Part shown: piece by piece, positions 30,032 through 38,862 of the stretch | How the letters are laid out: every line of letters starts with the position of its first letter | How positions within the stretch are numbered: position 1 is the stretch's first letter | The notes under the pieces: generated by a model | What the model was told of the DNA's origin: nothing | The model's input: only the letters and a program-made list of their open reading frames with translations | The model's database searches: none | Made by a program: the position numbers and the translations under genes | Source: Alphaproteobacteria bacterium | GTDB taxonomy: Bacteria; Pseudomonadota; Alphaproteobacteria; UBA828 | Direction of reading: 5' to 3' | Length of the DNA stretch: 64,000 nt | Assembly: GCA_965220745.1 (NCBI GenBank) | Contig: CBDCQT010000012.1 | Span: 320,001-384,000 of the forward strand

Positions 30032-30265
30032 CCCGCGATGCTCCCCCGCGCCGCCCCTCCCTGTGCACCGCACCATGGTCCGGGGCATGCTACCGGCAAC
30101 CGACGAAGCGTTTGCCCTGATGGGACCGGGCTGCGGAGCAGCCCGGACGGCGCGAATGCGCCGCGCGCGAAGCGCGAAGCGTCGCGCGTTCACGCGCGCG
30201 GAGCGCACGATCGAACGGAGTTCGCGCCCGGCGATTGAGGGAACTGAAAAAAGCGAGCGTATGGC

Positions 30266-31309
30266 CTAACCGTAGATCGGGCGCAGCTGGTCGGCCATCG
30301 TCGCGAGCGGTTCGGGCGCGACGATGACGCCGTCTTCGAGAATCTGCTGCCCCTCGATCCACATCGACTGCATCGAGATCACGCAGTCAGGGTGGTTCTC
30401 GCCGCCGCCCGGCACCCAGAACGGCAGCCCGAGCCCGATGGCGTTGTAGCCCGCCACGCGCTGGTCCTCGATGAAGCACTTGCCGGTGTAGCGCGCCGCC
30501 GGATGGAAGCCGCATGTGAAGTGGACGACGTAGCCGAACTCGCCGTTTCCGGCCCGCGTCAGGGCGCGGCGCATGACCTTGTTCTCCGGCCCGCCGCCGA
30601 TGACCTCCCTGACCTTGCCGTCGATCTTCAGCGTCATCGGCTCGGCAAGCTCGGTGTAGTACTCGTGGAACATGTTGCTGGTGACGACCGAGCCCACCAC
30701 CGACTCCAGCTCCGGCAGGATCATCACGGTGCCGGGCACGAAATAGCCGCCGGGCTCGGTCGCGCGGGCGAAGGCGAAGCCCTCCGGCTTGCCCAGCGTG
30801 AAGCCGACGTCGGTACCGTGCGCGTTGGTGATGCGGCACTCCTTGCCGGCGGATTGCGTGAGCAGGCCGCCGAACGCGTCACCGAGCTGAAACATCCCGT
30901 CGAGATCGGCGCCACCCATCAGGCGCACCATCTCGTCGGCGCCGACGTCGGCGCCCAAAAAATAGCGGGTGCGGTTCTTCTCCATCGCGTCGTCGAAGGC
31001 CTTGGAGCCGGCCAGATAGGGCATGCAGAGATCGATCCAGACGTCGCAGGCGCCGGTGGCCGCCTTGACGTGATCCGGCAGATACTCGTCCGCCAGCCCA
31101 CCCTGGAAGGGCACCGGCGGCGCCAGCGTGATCGAGGCGACCTTGGCGCCGAGCCGGTAGGCGGCGTCCTGGATCGCCTGGACGCCGACGACATCGGTCC
31201 CCGTGTCGGTCGTGATGAGGACGCTCTCGCCCGCCTCGATGCACATCATGTCCCGCGTGAGGACATCGGCGGCGCGCGCCAGCTTCGGTCCGATCCCTGC
31301 ATCGGGCAT
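30266..31309 (-). CDS. M29-fold metalloenzyme, NicX (2,5-dihydroxypyridine dioxygenase)-like
   Basis: GESVLITTD, GTDVGF, VVHFTCGFHP and NHPD correspond to the recalled NicX His/His/Asp motifs. Confidence 0.6.
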   Translation of the reverse strand: MPDAGIGPKLARAADVLTRDMMCIEAGESVLITTDTGTDVVGVQAIQDAAYRLGAKVASITLAPPVPFQGGLADEYLPDHVKAATGACDVWIDLCMPYLAGSKAFDDAMEKNRTRYFLGADVGADEMVRLMGGADLDGMFQLGDAFGGLLTQSAGKECRITNAHGTDVGFTLGKPEGFAFARATEPGGYFVPGTVMILPELESVVGSVVTSNMFHEYYTELAEPMTLKIDGKVREVIGGGPENKVMRRALTRAGNGEFGYVVHFTCGFHPAARYTGKCFIEDQRVAGYNAIGLGLPFWVPGGGENHPDCVISMQSMWIEGQQILEDGVIVAPEPLATMADQLRPIYG

Positions 31310-31444
31310 GGCTCTTCCCCTCGGTCTGGAGGTTGAGACTTCGCAGGACCCAACGAATGTCTGCTGGCCGGCAGTATACCGTAGTGGGAATTCCTGGCGC
31401 CCCCTAAGCTGCGAGCGACGAAATGGGAGGCGGAGTTCGGGCCT

Positions 31445-33133
31445 ATGACGAAGCGCTCAGGCGCGGAGGTGCTTGCGGAGATGCTGCAGGGCTACGGCGT
31501 CACGCATGTCTTCATGGTGCCGTCGATCCTGCGGCGGGCCCTGGTCGAGATGGAACGGCGGACCACGATCCGGCGCATCCAGGTCCACGCGGAAAAATCA
31601 GCCGCCTACATGGCCGACGGCTACGCGCGGGCGTGCGGCCGGCCCGGCATCTGCATGGCGCAGGTGGTCGGCGCGCTCAACCTCGCCGCCGGCCTGCGCG
31701 ACGCCCATCTCGCCAATGCGCCGGTGATCGCGATGACCGGCGGGCGCGACCCGCACACCAAGTTTCGCAAGGCGTATCAGGACCTGGACGACGTGCCGGC
31801 CTTCGAGCCGGTGACGAAATTCAACGTGACCGTGGACGAGGTCACGCGCATCCCGGACCTGGTGCGCCAGGCCTTCCGGGTCGCCGTCTCCGGCAAGCCC
31901 GGCCCGGTGCACCTGCAATTCCGGGGCAACGAGGGGCAGATCGACTACGAGGAAGCGGAGATGGAGGCCCTCGCGGAGGAGCTGTTCGCGCGGGTGCCGC
32001 CCTTCCGGCCGGCGCCCACGCCCGAGCATGCCCGCGCGGCGCTCGACGCGATCGAGGCGGCGGAGCGGCCGGTGTTCGTCGCCGGCGGCGGGGTTCGCGC
32101 TTCGGGCGCGGCGGTGGAGCTGGTAGCGCTCGCTGAGCGCCTCGCCGTCCCGGTCGCGACCTCGCTCCACGGCAAGGACACCATTACAGGCGACCACCCG
32201 CTCTCGGTGGGAGTCGTCGGGACCTACTCGCGCGAGACCGCCAACCGGGTCGTCGGCGAGGCCGACCTCGTCTGCTTCATAGGCTCCGAGACCGGCGGCA
32301 TGACCACGCACTTCTGGCAGGTGCCGCCCATCGGCACTCCGGCGGTGCAGATCGACATCGAGCCCCAGTCGCTCGGCCGCAACTACCCGCTCAAGGCGGC
32401 GGTCTGCGCCGATGCCAAGATGGCCCTCGACTGGATGCTGGATCATGCCGATCCCGGATCGGCCGAGCGTCGCACGGCGTGGGCCGCCCGCGCCTGCCAG
32501 ATCGTGGCGGAGTGGCACGATCGTTACCGGCCGCTATTGGAATCGGACGCCGTGCCCATCAGGCCGGAACGAATCTGCCACGAGCTCACCCGGCACCTGC
32601 CGGATGACGCCATCGTCATGGCCGACACGGGGCATTCGGGCATGTGGATGGGCGGGATGTACGACCTGCGCGCGCCCGCGCAGAGCTACATCCGGAGCGC
32701 CGGCCATCTTGGCTGGGCATTTCCCGCCGGCCTGGGCGCGAAATGCGCCGCGCCGGAGCGCCCGGTCTTCGTCTTCACCGGCGACGCGGGCTTCTGGTAT
32801 CACCTCACCGAGATCGAGACCGCCGTGCGCTGCGGCATCAACACCGTCACCCTGGTGAACAACAACAGCTCGGGCAATCAGGGCTCACCCGGTTTCGACC
32901 GCGCCTACGGCGGGAAGCAATCGGAGCAGGGACGCGAGCTCTGGACCTACAACGAGGTCAACTTCGCCACCATCGCCGAGGCCATGGGGGCGCTGGGCTT
33001 GCGCGTCGAGAACCCCGCCGACATCTCCGGCGCGCTTGAAACCGCCTTCGCCGCCAAGCGGCCCGTGGTGATCGATGTGGTGAGCGATATCGAGGCCCAG
33101 GCGCCGCTCGCGGTGATCGGGGCTGACGAATGA
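31445..33133 (+). CDS. ThDP-dependent enzyme, acetolactate synthase large-subunit-like
   Basis: HAEKSAAYMADGYAR, PGPVHL, GDAGF...NN ThDP motif. Confidence 0.9.
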   Translation: MTKRSGAEVLAEMLQGYGVTHVFMVPSILRRALVEMERRTTIRRIQVHAEKSAAYMADGYARACGRPGICMAQVVGALNLAAGLRDAHLANAPVIAMTGGRDPHTKFRKAYQDLDDVPAFEPVTKFNVTVDEVTRIPDLVRQAFRVAVSGKPGPVHLQFRGNEGQIDYEEAEMEALAEELFARVPPFRPAPTPEHARAALDAIEAAERPVFVAGGGVRASGAAVELVALAERLAVPVATSLHGKDTITGDHPLSVGVVGTYSRETANRVVGEADLVCFIGSETGGMTTHFWQVPPIGTPAVQIDIEPQSLGRNYPLKAAVCADAKMALDWMLDHADPGSAERRTAWAARACQIVAEWHDRYRPLLESDAVPIRPERICHELTRHLPDDAIVMADTGHSGMWMGGMYDLRAPAQSYIRSAGHLGWAFPAGLGAKCAAPERPVFVFTGDAGFWYHLTEIETAVRCGINTVTLVNNNSSGNQGSPGFDRAYGGKQSEQGRELWTYNEVNFATIAEAMGALGLRVENPADISGALETAFAAKRPVVIDVVSDIEAQAPLAVIGADE

Positions 33134-33139
33134 AGCACG

Positions 33140-33170
33140 GGGCGGCGCGCCCTCTGGTTGCGCGCCGCCC
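33140..33170. terminator. Hairpin between convergent genes (probable bidirectional terminator)
   Basis: GGGCGGCGCGC-N9-GCGCGCCGCCC, 11-bp stem. Confidence 0.6.
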
Positions 33171-33188
33171 GGCTTCACATCGGAACGT

Positions 33189-34226
33189 TTACTTCTTCAG
33201 GCGGGTCCACATGGTGTCGTAGACCTCCTGGGTCGCCTGATCGCACACCGCGACGAACGTGCCGGCGGGCGCATCGGCAGGCGGAACGGACTCGGGCTGG
33301 CTGGCCAGTTCCGGATCGAGATGCGGAGTCACGCCCTCGACGCCCGCCGCATAGCGCGCGAAGTTGGTGACCGCGGCGATGTTCTCCGGCTCCAGCAGGA
33401 AGTCCATGAACTTGATCGCGCTGGCCCGGTTGGGCGCGTCCTTCAGCAGCACGACGTTGTCCATCCAGACGACGTAGCCCTGGCGCGGATAGGCGTATTC
33501 GATGTTGGCGCCTTCCGCCCGCGCCTTGGCGCCGAAGCCGTTCCAGATCATCCCCACGGCGGCATCGCCGGAGACCAGCACGTCCTTGGCGCCGTCGGAG
33601 TTGAAGGAAGCCCAGTGCGGCTTGGCCGCCTGCAGCAGCGCATCGAGCTGCTTGAGCTGCTCGCGGTCGTTCGAGCACTGCGGAATGCCGAGATGCAAGG
33701 CGGCCAGCAGCATGACCTCGCCCTGGGAATCGAGGACGTTGATCTTGCCCTTCAGCTCGTCCGGCGGGTCATAGACGATGCTCGTGTCGTTGATGTCGCC
33801 TTGATAGACGTCCCGGTTCACCGAGAAGCTGGTCGAACCCCACTGATAGGGGATCGAGTGCATCCGGCCCGGATCGAAGGGCACGTCCACCCACTGCGGC
33901 TCGATGTTGCCCCTGTTGGCAAGCTCGCCCTCGGCAATGGTGTCGAGCATGCCTTCGCCGATCATGATCTCGACCATGTAGTCGCCCGGCACCGCCACAT
34001 CGTAGGAGCCGAGCTTGCCGGCCTTGAGCGAGGCCAGCATCGCCTCGTTGGAATCGAAGGTGTCCATGGTCACTTCGATCCCGGTCTCGGCCGCGAACTT
34101 GTCGAGCAGCTCCTGCGGGATGTACTCGAACCAGTGGTAGATCGAGAGTTTCTCCTGAGCCTGTGCCGCGCCTGCGACAAAGGTCAGGGCTAACGCCGCT
34201 ATTCCGGCTTTGAGTAAGGTCCGCAT
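33189..34226 (-). CDS. Polyamine ABC substrate-binding protein (PotD/PotF-like)
   Basis: WFEYIP, FDSNE, PFDPG..SIPYQWG, WMD. Confidence 0.9.
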   Translation of the reverse strand: MRTLLKAGIAALALTFVAGAAQAQEKLSIYHWFEYIPQELLDKFAAETGIEVTMDTFDSNEAMLASLKAGKLGSYDVAVPGDYMVEIMIGEGMLDTIAEGELANRGNIEPQWVDVPFDPGRMHSIPYQWGSTSFSVNRDVYQGDINDTSIVYDPPDELKGKINVLDSQGEVMLLAALHLGIPQCSNDREQLKQLDALLQAAKPHWASFNSDGAKDVLVSGDAAVGMIWNGFGAKARAEGANIEYAYPRQGYVVWMDNVVLLKDAPNRASAIKFMDFLLEPENIAAVTNFARYAAGVEGVTPHLDPELASQPESVPPADAPAGTFVAVCDQATQEVYDTMWTRLKK

Positions 34227-34261
34227 GTCTCCCTCCTTGGTTGCGGTGTTTACGGTGAGGT

Positions 34262-35083
34262 TTACGCCTCCGCCTTCGTTCCAGGCCGCCCGTAACGGCT
34301 GATGAAATAGGACAGCGTGACGATCAGGATCGAGACGGAGAGCATGATGGTGCTGAGCGCCATGATGTCGGGTTTGATCCCCTGCTTCACGGCTCCGAAG
34401 ATCGCCGTGGGCAGGGTTTCGATCCCGGCGCCCTTGATGAAATTGGTGATGATGAAATCGTCCAGCGAGATGATGAATGCCAGCAGAAAGCCCGCGAGGA
34501 TTCCGGGCGCCATCAATGGCATGAGAACGCGCAGGAAGGCCTGGAACCGGCTCGCATACAAGTCCTGCGCAGCCTCCTCGTAACTGCCGTCGATCCCCTG
34601 CAGGCGGGCCGCAATCGGCAGGTAAGCAAAGGGAATACAGAAGACGATGTGCGCCACGAGGATCGAGAGATAGCCGAGCGTGAAGCCGATGGCGCTGAAG
34701 AACACCAGCGTCGCCACGGCGGTGACGATCTCCGGCACCATGATCGGCATGCTGATCAGCGCGAGGTTCAGCGCCTTCCCTTTGAAAGCCCCGCCCCGCA
34801 CCATGGCCACCGCAGCGGCCGTCGCGATGATGGTACTGGCGACGGCGGCTGAGAGCGCAATGGTGAGCGAGTTCCAGGCGGCGTCCTTGAACTTGGCCGA
34901 TTCCGGCCCGGTGAAGATTTCCATGTACCAGCGGAAGCTGAACCCGCCCCAGCGGGTGATGGAGAGCGAGTCGTTGAAGCTGTAGACCATCACCACCAGG
35001 AGCGGCGCGTAGAGCACCACCAGGCAGAGGATCGTGATCGGCAGGAAGCCGGGGTAGCGTTTGATGTTGATCCTTTGCCGCAT
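34262..35083 (-). CDS. Polyamine ABC permease (PotC-like)
   Basis: YSFN, EEAAQDL EAA loop, SLDDF. Confidence 0.9.
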   Translation of the reverse strand: MRQRINIKRYPGFLPITILCLVVLYAPLLVVMVYSFNDSLSITRWGGFSFRWYMEIFTGPESAKFKDAAWNSLTIALSAAVASTIIATAAAVAMVRGGAFKGKALNLALISMPIMVPEIVTAVATLVFFSAIGFTLGYLSILVAHIVFCIPFAYLPIAARLQGIDGSYEEAAQDLYASRFQAFLRVLMPLMAPGILAGFLLAFIISLDDFIITNFIKGAGIETLPTAIFGAVKQGIKPDIMALSTIMLSVSILIVTLSYFISRYGRPGTKAEA

Positions 35084-35084
35084 C

Positions 35085-36011
35085 TCAGGCGGCCTGCGCG
35101 CTGCGCCGTGCCTGCCGGCGCGCATAGATGAAGAGCGCGATGAGCACGAGGGAGAGCAGGATCATCGACGCCGCAGCGCCGAAGGGCCAGTTGCCGGCGT
35201 TGCCCTTGAACTGCTCTTCGATCAGCGAGCCGATCAGGAAGTTCTTGGCGCCGCCCAGCAGGTCCGGCGCGAGGAAGGCGCCGAGGCTCGGCACGAAGAC
35301 CAGGATGCAGCCGGCCACGATGCCGGGCCACACGATGGGCAAGATGACCTTGTACAGGATCGTCCAGCGATTCGCGTAGAGGTCGGCCGCCGCTTCGGAC
35401 AGCGCAAAGTCGTAGCGCTCCACCGAGGCATAGATCGGCAGCACCATGAAGGGCAGGTACGAGTAGAACAGCCCGAGCTGCACCGCGAAGTCGGTGTTGA
35501 TGAGCGCGATGGGCTCGCTGATGACGCCCAGGCCCATCAGGGCTTCGTTGAGCGGCCCGTTGTCCCGGATCAGGAACTTCATCGAGACCGTGCGGATCAG
35601 CAGGTTCACCCAATAGGGCACCGTCACCAGGAAGAGCCACATCGAGCGCGTCGCGGGCGAGCGCGTCGCGATGAAGTAGGCGGTGGGGAAGCCGATGATG
35701 AGGCAGAGCAGCGTCGCGACGGCCGCCTGGATGATCGAGCGCACGAAGATGACGATGTAGGTCCACTCTATCTGCGGCGGCTCGTCGCCGAAGAGGCCAC
35801 GGTCGAAGATGAACTGGTCGTAAGCCGCGAGCGAGAACTCCCAGATTACCCCGCCCCGGAACTCCTTCGTCAGGAAGGAGTAGGCCAGCATCATCAGCAC
35901 CGGCGCCACCAGGAAGAAGCCGATGATCACCCAGGTCGGAATCAGCAAGGGGGTGCGCACCGGCGCGAAGGTGCGGGAGACCGCGCGCGTGCTGGCGAGC
36001 TCGCCGGCCAT
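35085..36011 (-). CDS. Polyamine ABC permease (PotB-like)
   Basis: [22 protein letters not shown]. Confidence 0.9.
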   Translation of the reverse strand: MAGELASTRAVSRTFAPVRTPLLIPTWVIIGFFLVAPVLMMLAYSFLTKEFRGGVIWEFSLAAYDQFIFDRGLFGDEPPQIEWTYIVIFVRSIIQAAVATLLCLIIGFPTAYFIATRSPATRSMWLFLVTVPYWVNLLIRTVSMKFLIRDNGPLNEALMGLGVISEPIALINTDFAVQLGLFYSYLPFMVLPIYASVERYDFALSEAAADLYANRWTILYKVILPIVWPGIVAGCILVFVPSLGAFLAPDLLGGAKNFLIGSLIEEQFKGNAGNWPFGAAASMILLSLVLIALFIYARRQARRSAQAA

Positions 36012-37099
36012 CAGTCCACCAGGAGCCTGGCGCCGCCGGGCGCGATGGCGAGACCCACGCGATCGCCGTTGCGGAAGGACGTCGTGTCGCTGCCGACGTT
36101 CTGCGCGCGCACCAGGACATCCGGTCCCTCATCCAGCCGGACGCCGTACTGGATGTCGGTGCCAAGGTAGACGATCTGGTCCACCACGCCGGTGAGGCCG
36201 GCGCTGCTCTCCGCCTCGGGCACGAGCGAGAGGCGCTCCGGGCGGATCAGCACGTGCGCGGCCGCGCCGTCCTGCGGCGGTGTGCCGGCGGCCTCGCAGG
36301 GAAACACCGCGCCGTTGGGCAGGCGGCTATGCCAGGCGCCGTCCGGCCCTCGCTGCACGGTCACGTCGAGGACGTTGGTCTCGCCGATGAAGTCGGCCAC
36401 GAAGCGGTCGTTAGGCGCCTCGTAGATTTCGTGTGGCGTCCCCACCTGCCGGATCTCGCCCGCCGACATCACGGCGATCCGGTCCGACATCGTCAGCGCC
36501 TCCTCCTGGTCGTGGGTGACGAAGACGAAGGTGATGCCGGTTTCCTCCTGAATCTGCTTCAGCTCGATCCGCATCGCCTGGCGGAGTTTGAGGTCGAGCG
36601 CGGACAGCGGCTCGTCGAGCAGGAGCACCTTGGGCCGGGGCGCCATGGCGCGGGCGAGCGCGACCCGCTGCTGCTGCCCGCCGGAGAGCTGCGCTGGCCG
36701 CCGCGCCGCGAGGTCGCCGAGCTTCACCAGGTCCAGAATGCGGCCGGTCTGGTCCTCGATATCGGCCTTGCTCCAGCCGAGGCGGCGCATTCCGAAGGCC
36801 ACGTTCTCCGCCACCGTCATGTGCGGGAAGAGCGCGTAGTGCTGGAAGACCGTGTTGATCGGGCGCCGGTTGGGCGGCAGCGTCCCGATGTCCTCGCCGT
36901 AGAGCAGGATTTCGCCTTCGGTGATTTCCTCGAAGCCCGCGATCAGGCGGAGCAGGGTGGTCTTGCCGCAGCCGGACGGCCCGAGCAGGGTGAAGAACTC
37001 GTTGTCCCGGATCGTCAGCGACACGCCGGCGAGCGCCGTCACCGCGCCGAAGCGCTTGACGGCGTTGCGCACGTCGATGGCGATGTCTTGCTCGGACAA
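36011..37099 (-). CDS. Polyamine ABC ATPase (PotA-like)
   Basis: GPSGCGKT, VFQHYALFPH, LSGGQQQ, TOBE tail; TTG start. Confidence 0.92.
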   Translation of the reverse strand: MSEQDIAIDVRNAVKRFGAVTALAGVSLTIRDNEFFTLLGPSGCGKTTLLRLIAGFEEITEGEILLYGEDIGTLPPNRRPINTVFQHYALFPHMTVAENVAFGMRRLGWSKADIEDQTGRILDLVKLGDLAARRPAQLSGGQQQRVALARAMAPRPKVLLLDEPLSALDLKLRQAMRIELKQIQEETGITFVFVTHDQEEALTMSDRIAVMSAGEIRQVGTPHEIYEAPNDRFVADFIGETNVLDVTVQRGPDGAWHSRLPNGAVFPCEAAGTPPQDGAAAHVLIRPERLSLVPEAESSAGLTGVVDQIVYLGTDIQYGVRLDEGPDVLVRAQNVGSDTTSFRNGDRVGLAIAPGGARLLVD

Positions 37100-37129
37100 C
37101 GGCGCCTCCCTTCGCCTGTCAATCCGCGC

Positions 37130-38068
37130 CTAGTGGAGAGGGATGTTCGGCCCGGTCAGGGTCTTGAGCGCGTAGTCGGGCTCGTCGACTCTGGAGAAGC
37201 CGACCCTGGCCAACCACTCGTCCGTGGAAAGCCCGAGGATCTCCGTTTCCGACGTCAGGTTGGTGAACGCGCCGGAGGGCAGCGTCACGTAGGGGGCGCA
37301 AGCGAGCGCACAGCCCACGTGATTCTTCGGAACGTGGGACGCCTTCCAGCCGATGTAGATCTTCTTGTAGCGCGCGCCCTGATTCTCGCCGCAGAGATAT
37401 GCCGCATAGGCGATCCTGTTGAGCCTGTTGTCGAGCCTGGTTCTCACCGATTCTTCCTCGTCTCCCGCGAGGTGCATAATTCCCGTGTCTTCCATGAACA
37501 GGCACGCGTGATTGTCGCGATCTTCCGCGATCGCAAAGCCGAGCGCGCACCAGATCCACATGTTGCCGTCCGAGACCATGCTCGTGCGGTACTTTTCCGC
37601 ACAGACGACCATGGCCCCTTCCTGCGGCGGGAAATGCCGCGCGTCGGCGACGCCGAAGAGTTGCCGGGTCGCGTCGCGCAGCGGAATCAGGGAGTAAATC
37701 GGAATGTTCTCGATGCGGCCTACGGGATACGTCTTGCCGATGCGGGAATCGATCGCCAGGTCGTAACCCCAAATCGCCCCGTTGACGCCGCTGAACGACG
37801 ACGCCTGCAGCATATTAACCTGGCCGATATAGGAATCGTTACATTCCGCGCGGTCGTAGGACACGATCTCGGCCATGCCCTGGTCCAGGTCCTCCTCGAA
37901 CGGAAAACCGGGAAACTGTTCCAGGTTTACCGCGCCTGTGGAAAGCAGGATGGTCGAGATGTAGGACCCCGGTTGACCCGTGGCCGTCGGCTCCTGATAT
38001 CCCCCGCAGCTGCCCGCCGTCGTGTTGCGACAGTTCCGAACGATCTCTTCTATACGAGCGTCAGCCAT
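37130..38068 (-). CDS. hdcA: Pyruvoyl-dependent histidine decarboxylase proenzyme
   Basis: SYDRAE...YIGQVNMLQAS|SFSG autocleavage motif, GYD, VVCAEK, FMEDTG, ACAPYVTL. Confidence 0.85.
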   Translation of the reverse strand: MADARIEEIVRNCRNTTAGSCGGYQEPTATGQPGSYISTILLSTGAVNLEQFPGFPFEEDLDQGMAEIVSYDRAECNDSYIGQVNMLQASSFSGVNGAIWGYDLAIDSRIGKTYPVGRIENIPIYSLIPLRDATRQLFGVADARHFPPQEGAMVVCAEKYRTSMVSDGNMWIWCALGFAIAEDRDNHACLFMEDTGIMHLAGDEEESVRTRLDNRLNRIAYAAYLCGENQGARYKKIYIGWKASHVPKNHVGCALACAPYVTLPSGAFTNLTSETEILGLSTDEWLARVGFSRVDEPDYALKTLTGPNIPLH

Positions 38069-38080
38069 CGCGTCGTTCCT

Positions 38081-38842
38081 TCAGGCCGTGAATCCGAGCC
38101 GCCTGCCGAGATCGGCAGCGGCCTCGGCCAGTTTCTGCTTGATGCGGGTGGGCTCCATGGGGCGGAAGCGGTCCGCGAGCCCGGTGATGCCGACCGAATA
38201 GAGGACGTAGCCGCCGTTTACGCGGATCGGATGGCCGTAGCTCAGCACGCCGGCATCGAGCTCGTTGTCGCAGACCGCCACGCCGTCCGCACGGATCTGC
38301 GCGAGCTCGTCGAGGATGTCGGTTTCCTCGACCTTGGTCTTGTCCGTGAAGCGCGTGCGCGGGCGCGACAGGTAGCGGGCGACGAAGGCCTCGTCCTGAA
38401 ACGCGAGGAGCGCCTTGCCGCTGGCCGCCGCGTGCAAGGGCAGTTGGCGCCCCGGCTGCACGAAGGCGCGGTCCGAGCCCGAGGGCTGCTCCATCAGCAC
38501 GGATTCCGCGAAGTCGCCGTTCAGCCGGGCCAGATGGGCGGTCTCGCCGAACTCCGCCACGAGATCGTCGAGGACCGACTTGGCGAGGCCCGCATAGCCA
38601 GCGCGGTCCATGGTCGTGTGCAGCAGGGTCTGCAGGCGCGGCCCGGTCACGTAGCTCTTGGTGCCGGGCGCGCTGCGGAGCAGGTCGAGGTCGGCGAGGC
38701 CGCGGATCAGGCGATGCGCCGTCCCCGGCTGCAGGTCCATCTCCCGCGCGATGTCGGTGAGCGTCAGGCCGGTCTTGGCCCGCGCAACCGTCTCGAGGAC
38801 CCGGATGTACCGGCCGAGCGGCTTGTCGTTGCTATCGCTCAT
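38081..38842 (-). CDS. IclR family transcriptional regulator
   Basis: N-terminal HTH, GETAHL, LPLHAAASGKALLA. Confidence 0.9.
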   Translation of the reverse strand: MSDSNDKPLGRYIRVLETVARAKTGLTLTDIAREMDLQPGTAHRLIRGLADLDLLRSAPGTKSYVTGPRLQTLLHTTMDRAGYAGLAKSVLDDLVAEFGETAHLARLNGDFAESVLMEQPSGSDRAFVQPGRQLPLHAAASGKALLAFQDEAFVARYLSRPRTRFTDKTKVEETDILDELAQIRADGVAVCDNELDAGVLSYGHPIRVNGGYVLYSVGITGLADRFRPMEPTRIKQKLAEAAADLGRRLGFTA

Positions 38843-38862
38843 CGCTCGGGTCGCCGGGTTCG

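Noticed and set aside
29216-30208. Prophage
   Set aside because: No terminase, portal, transposase or structural genes flank the DUF3486 gene
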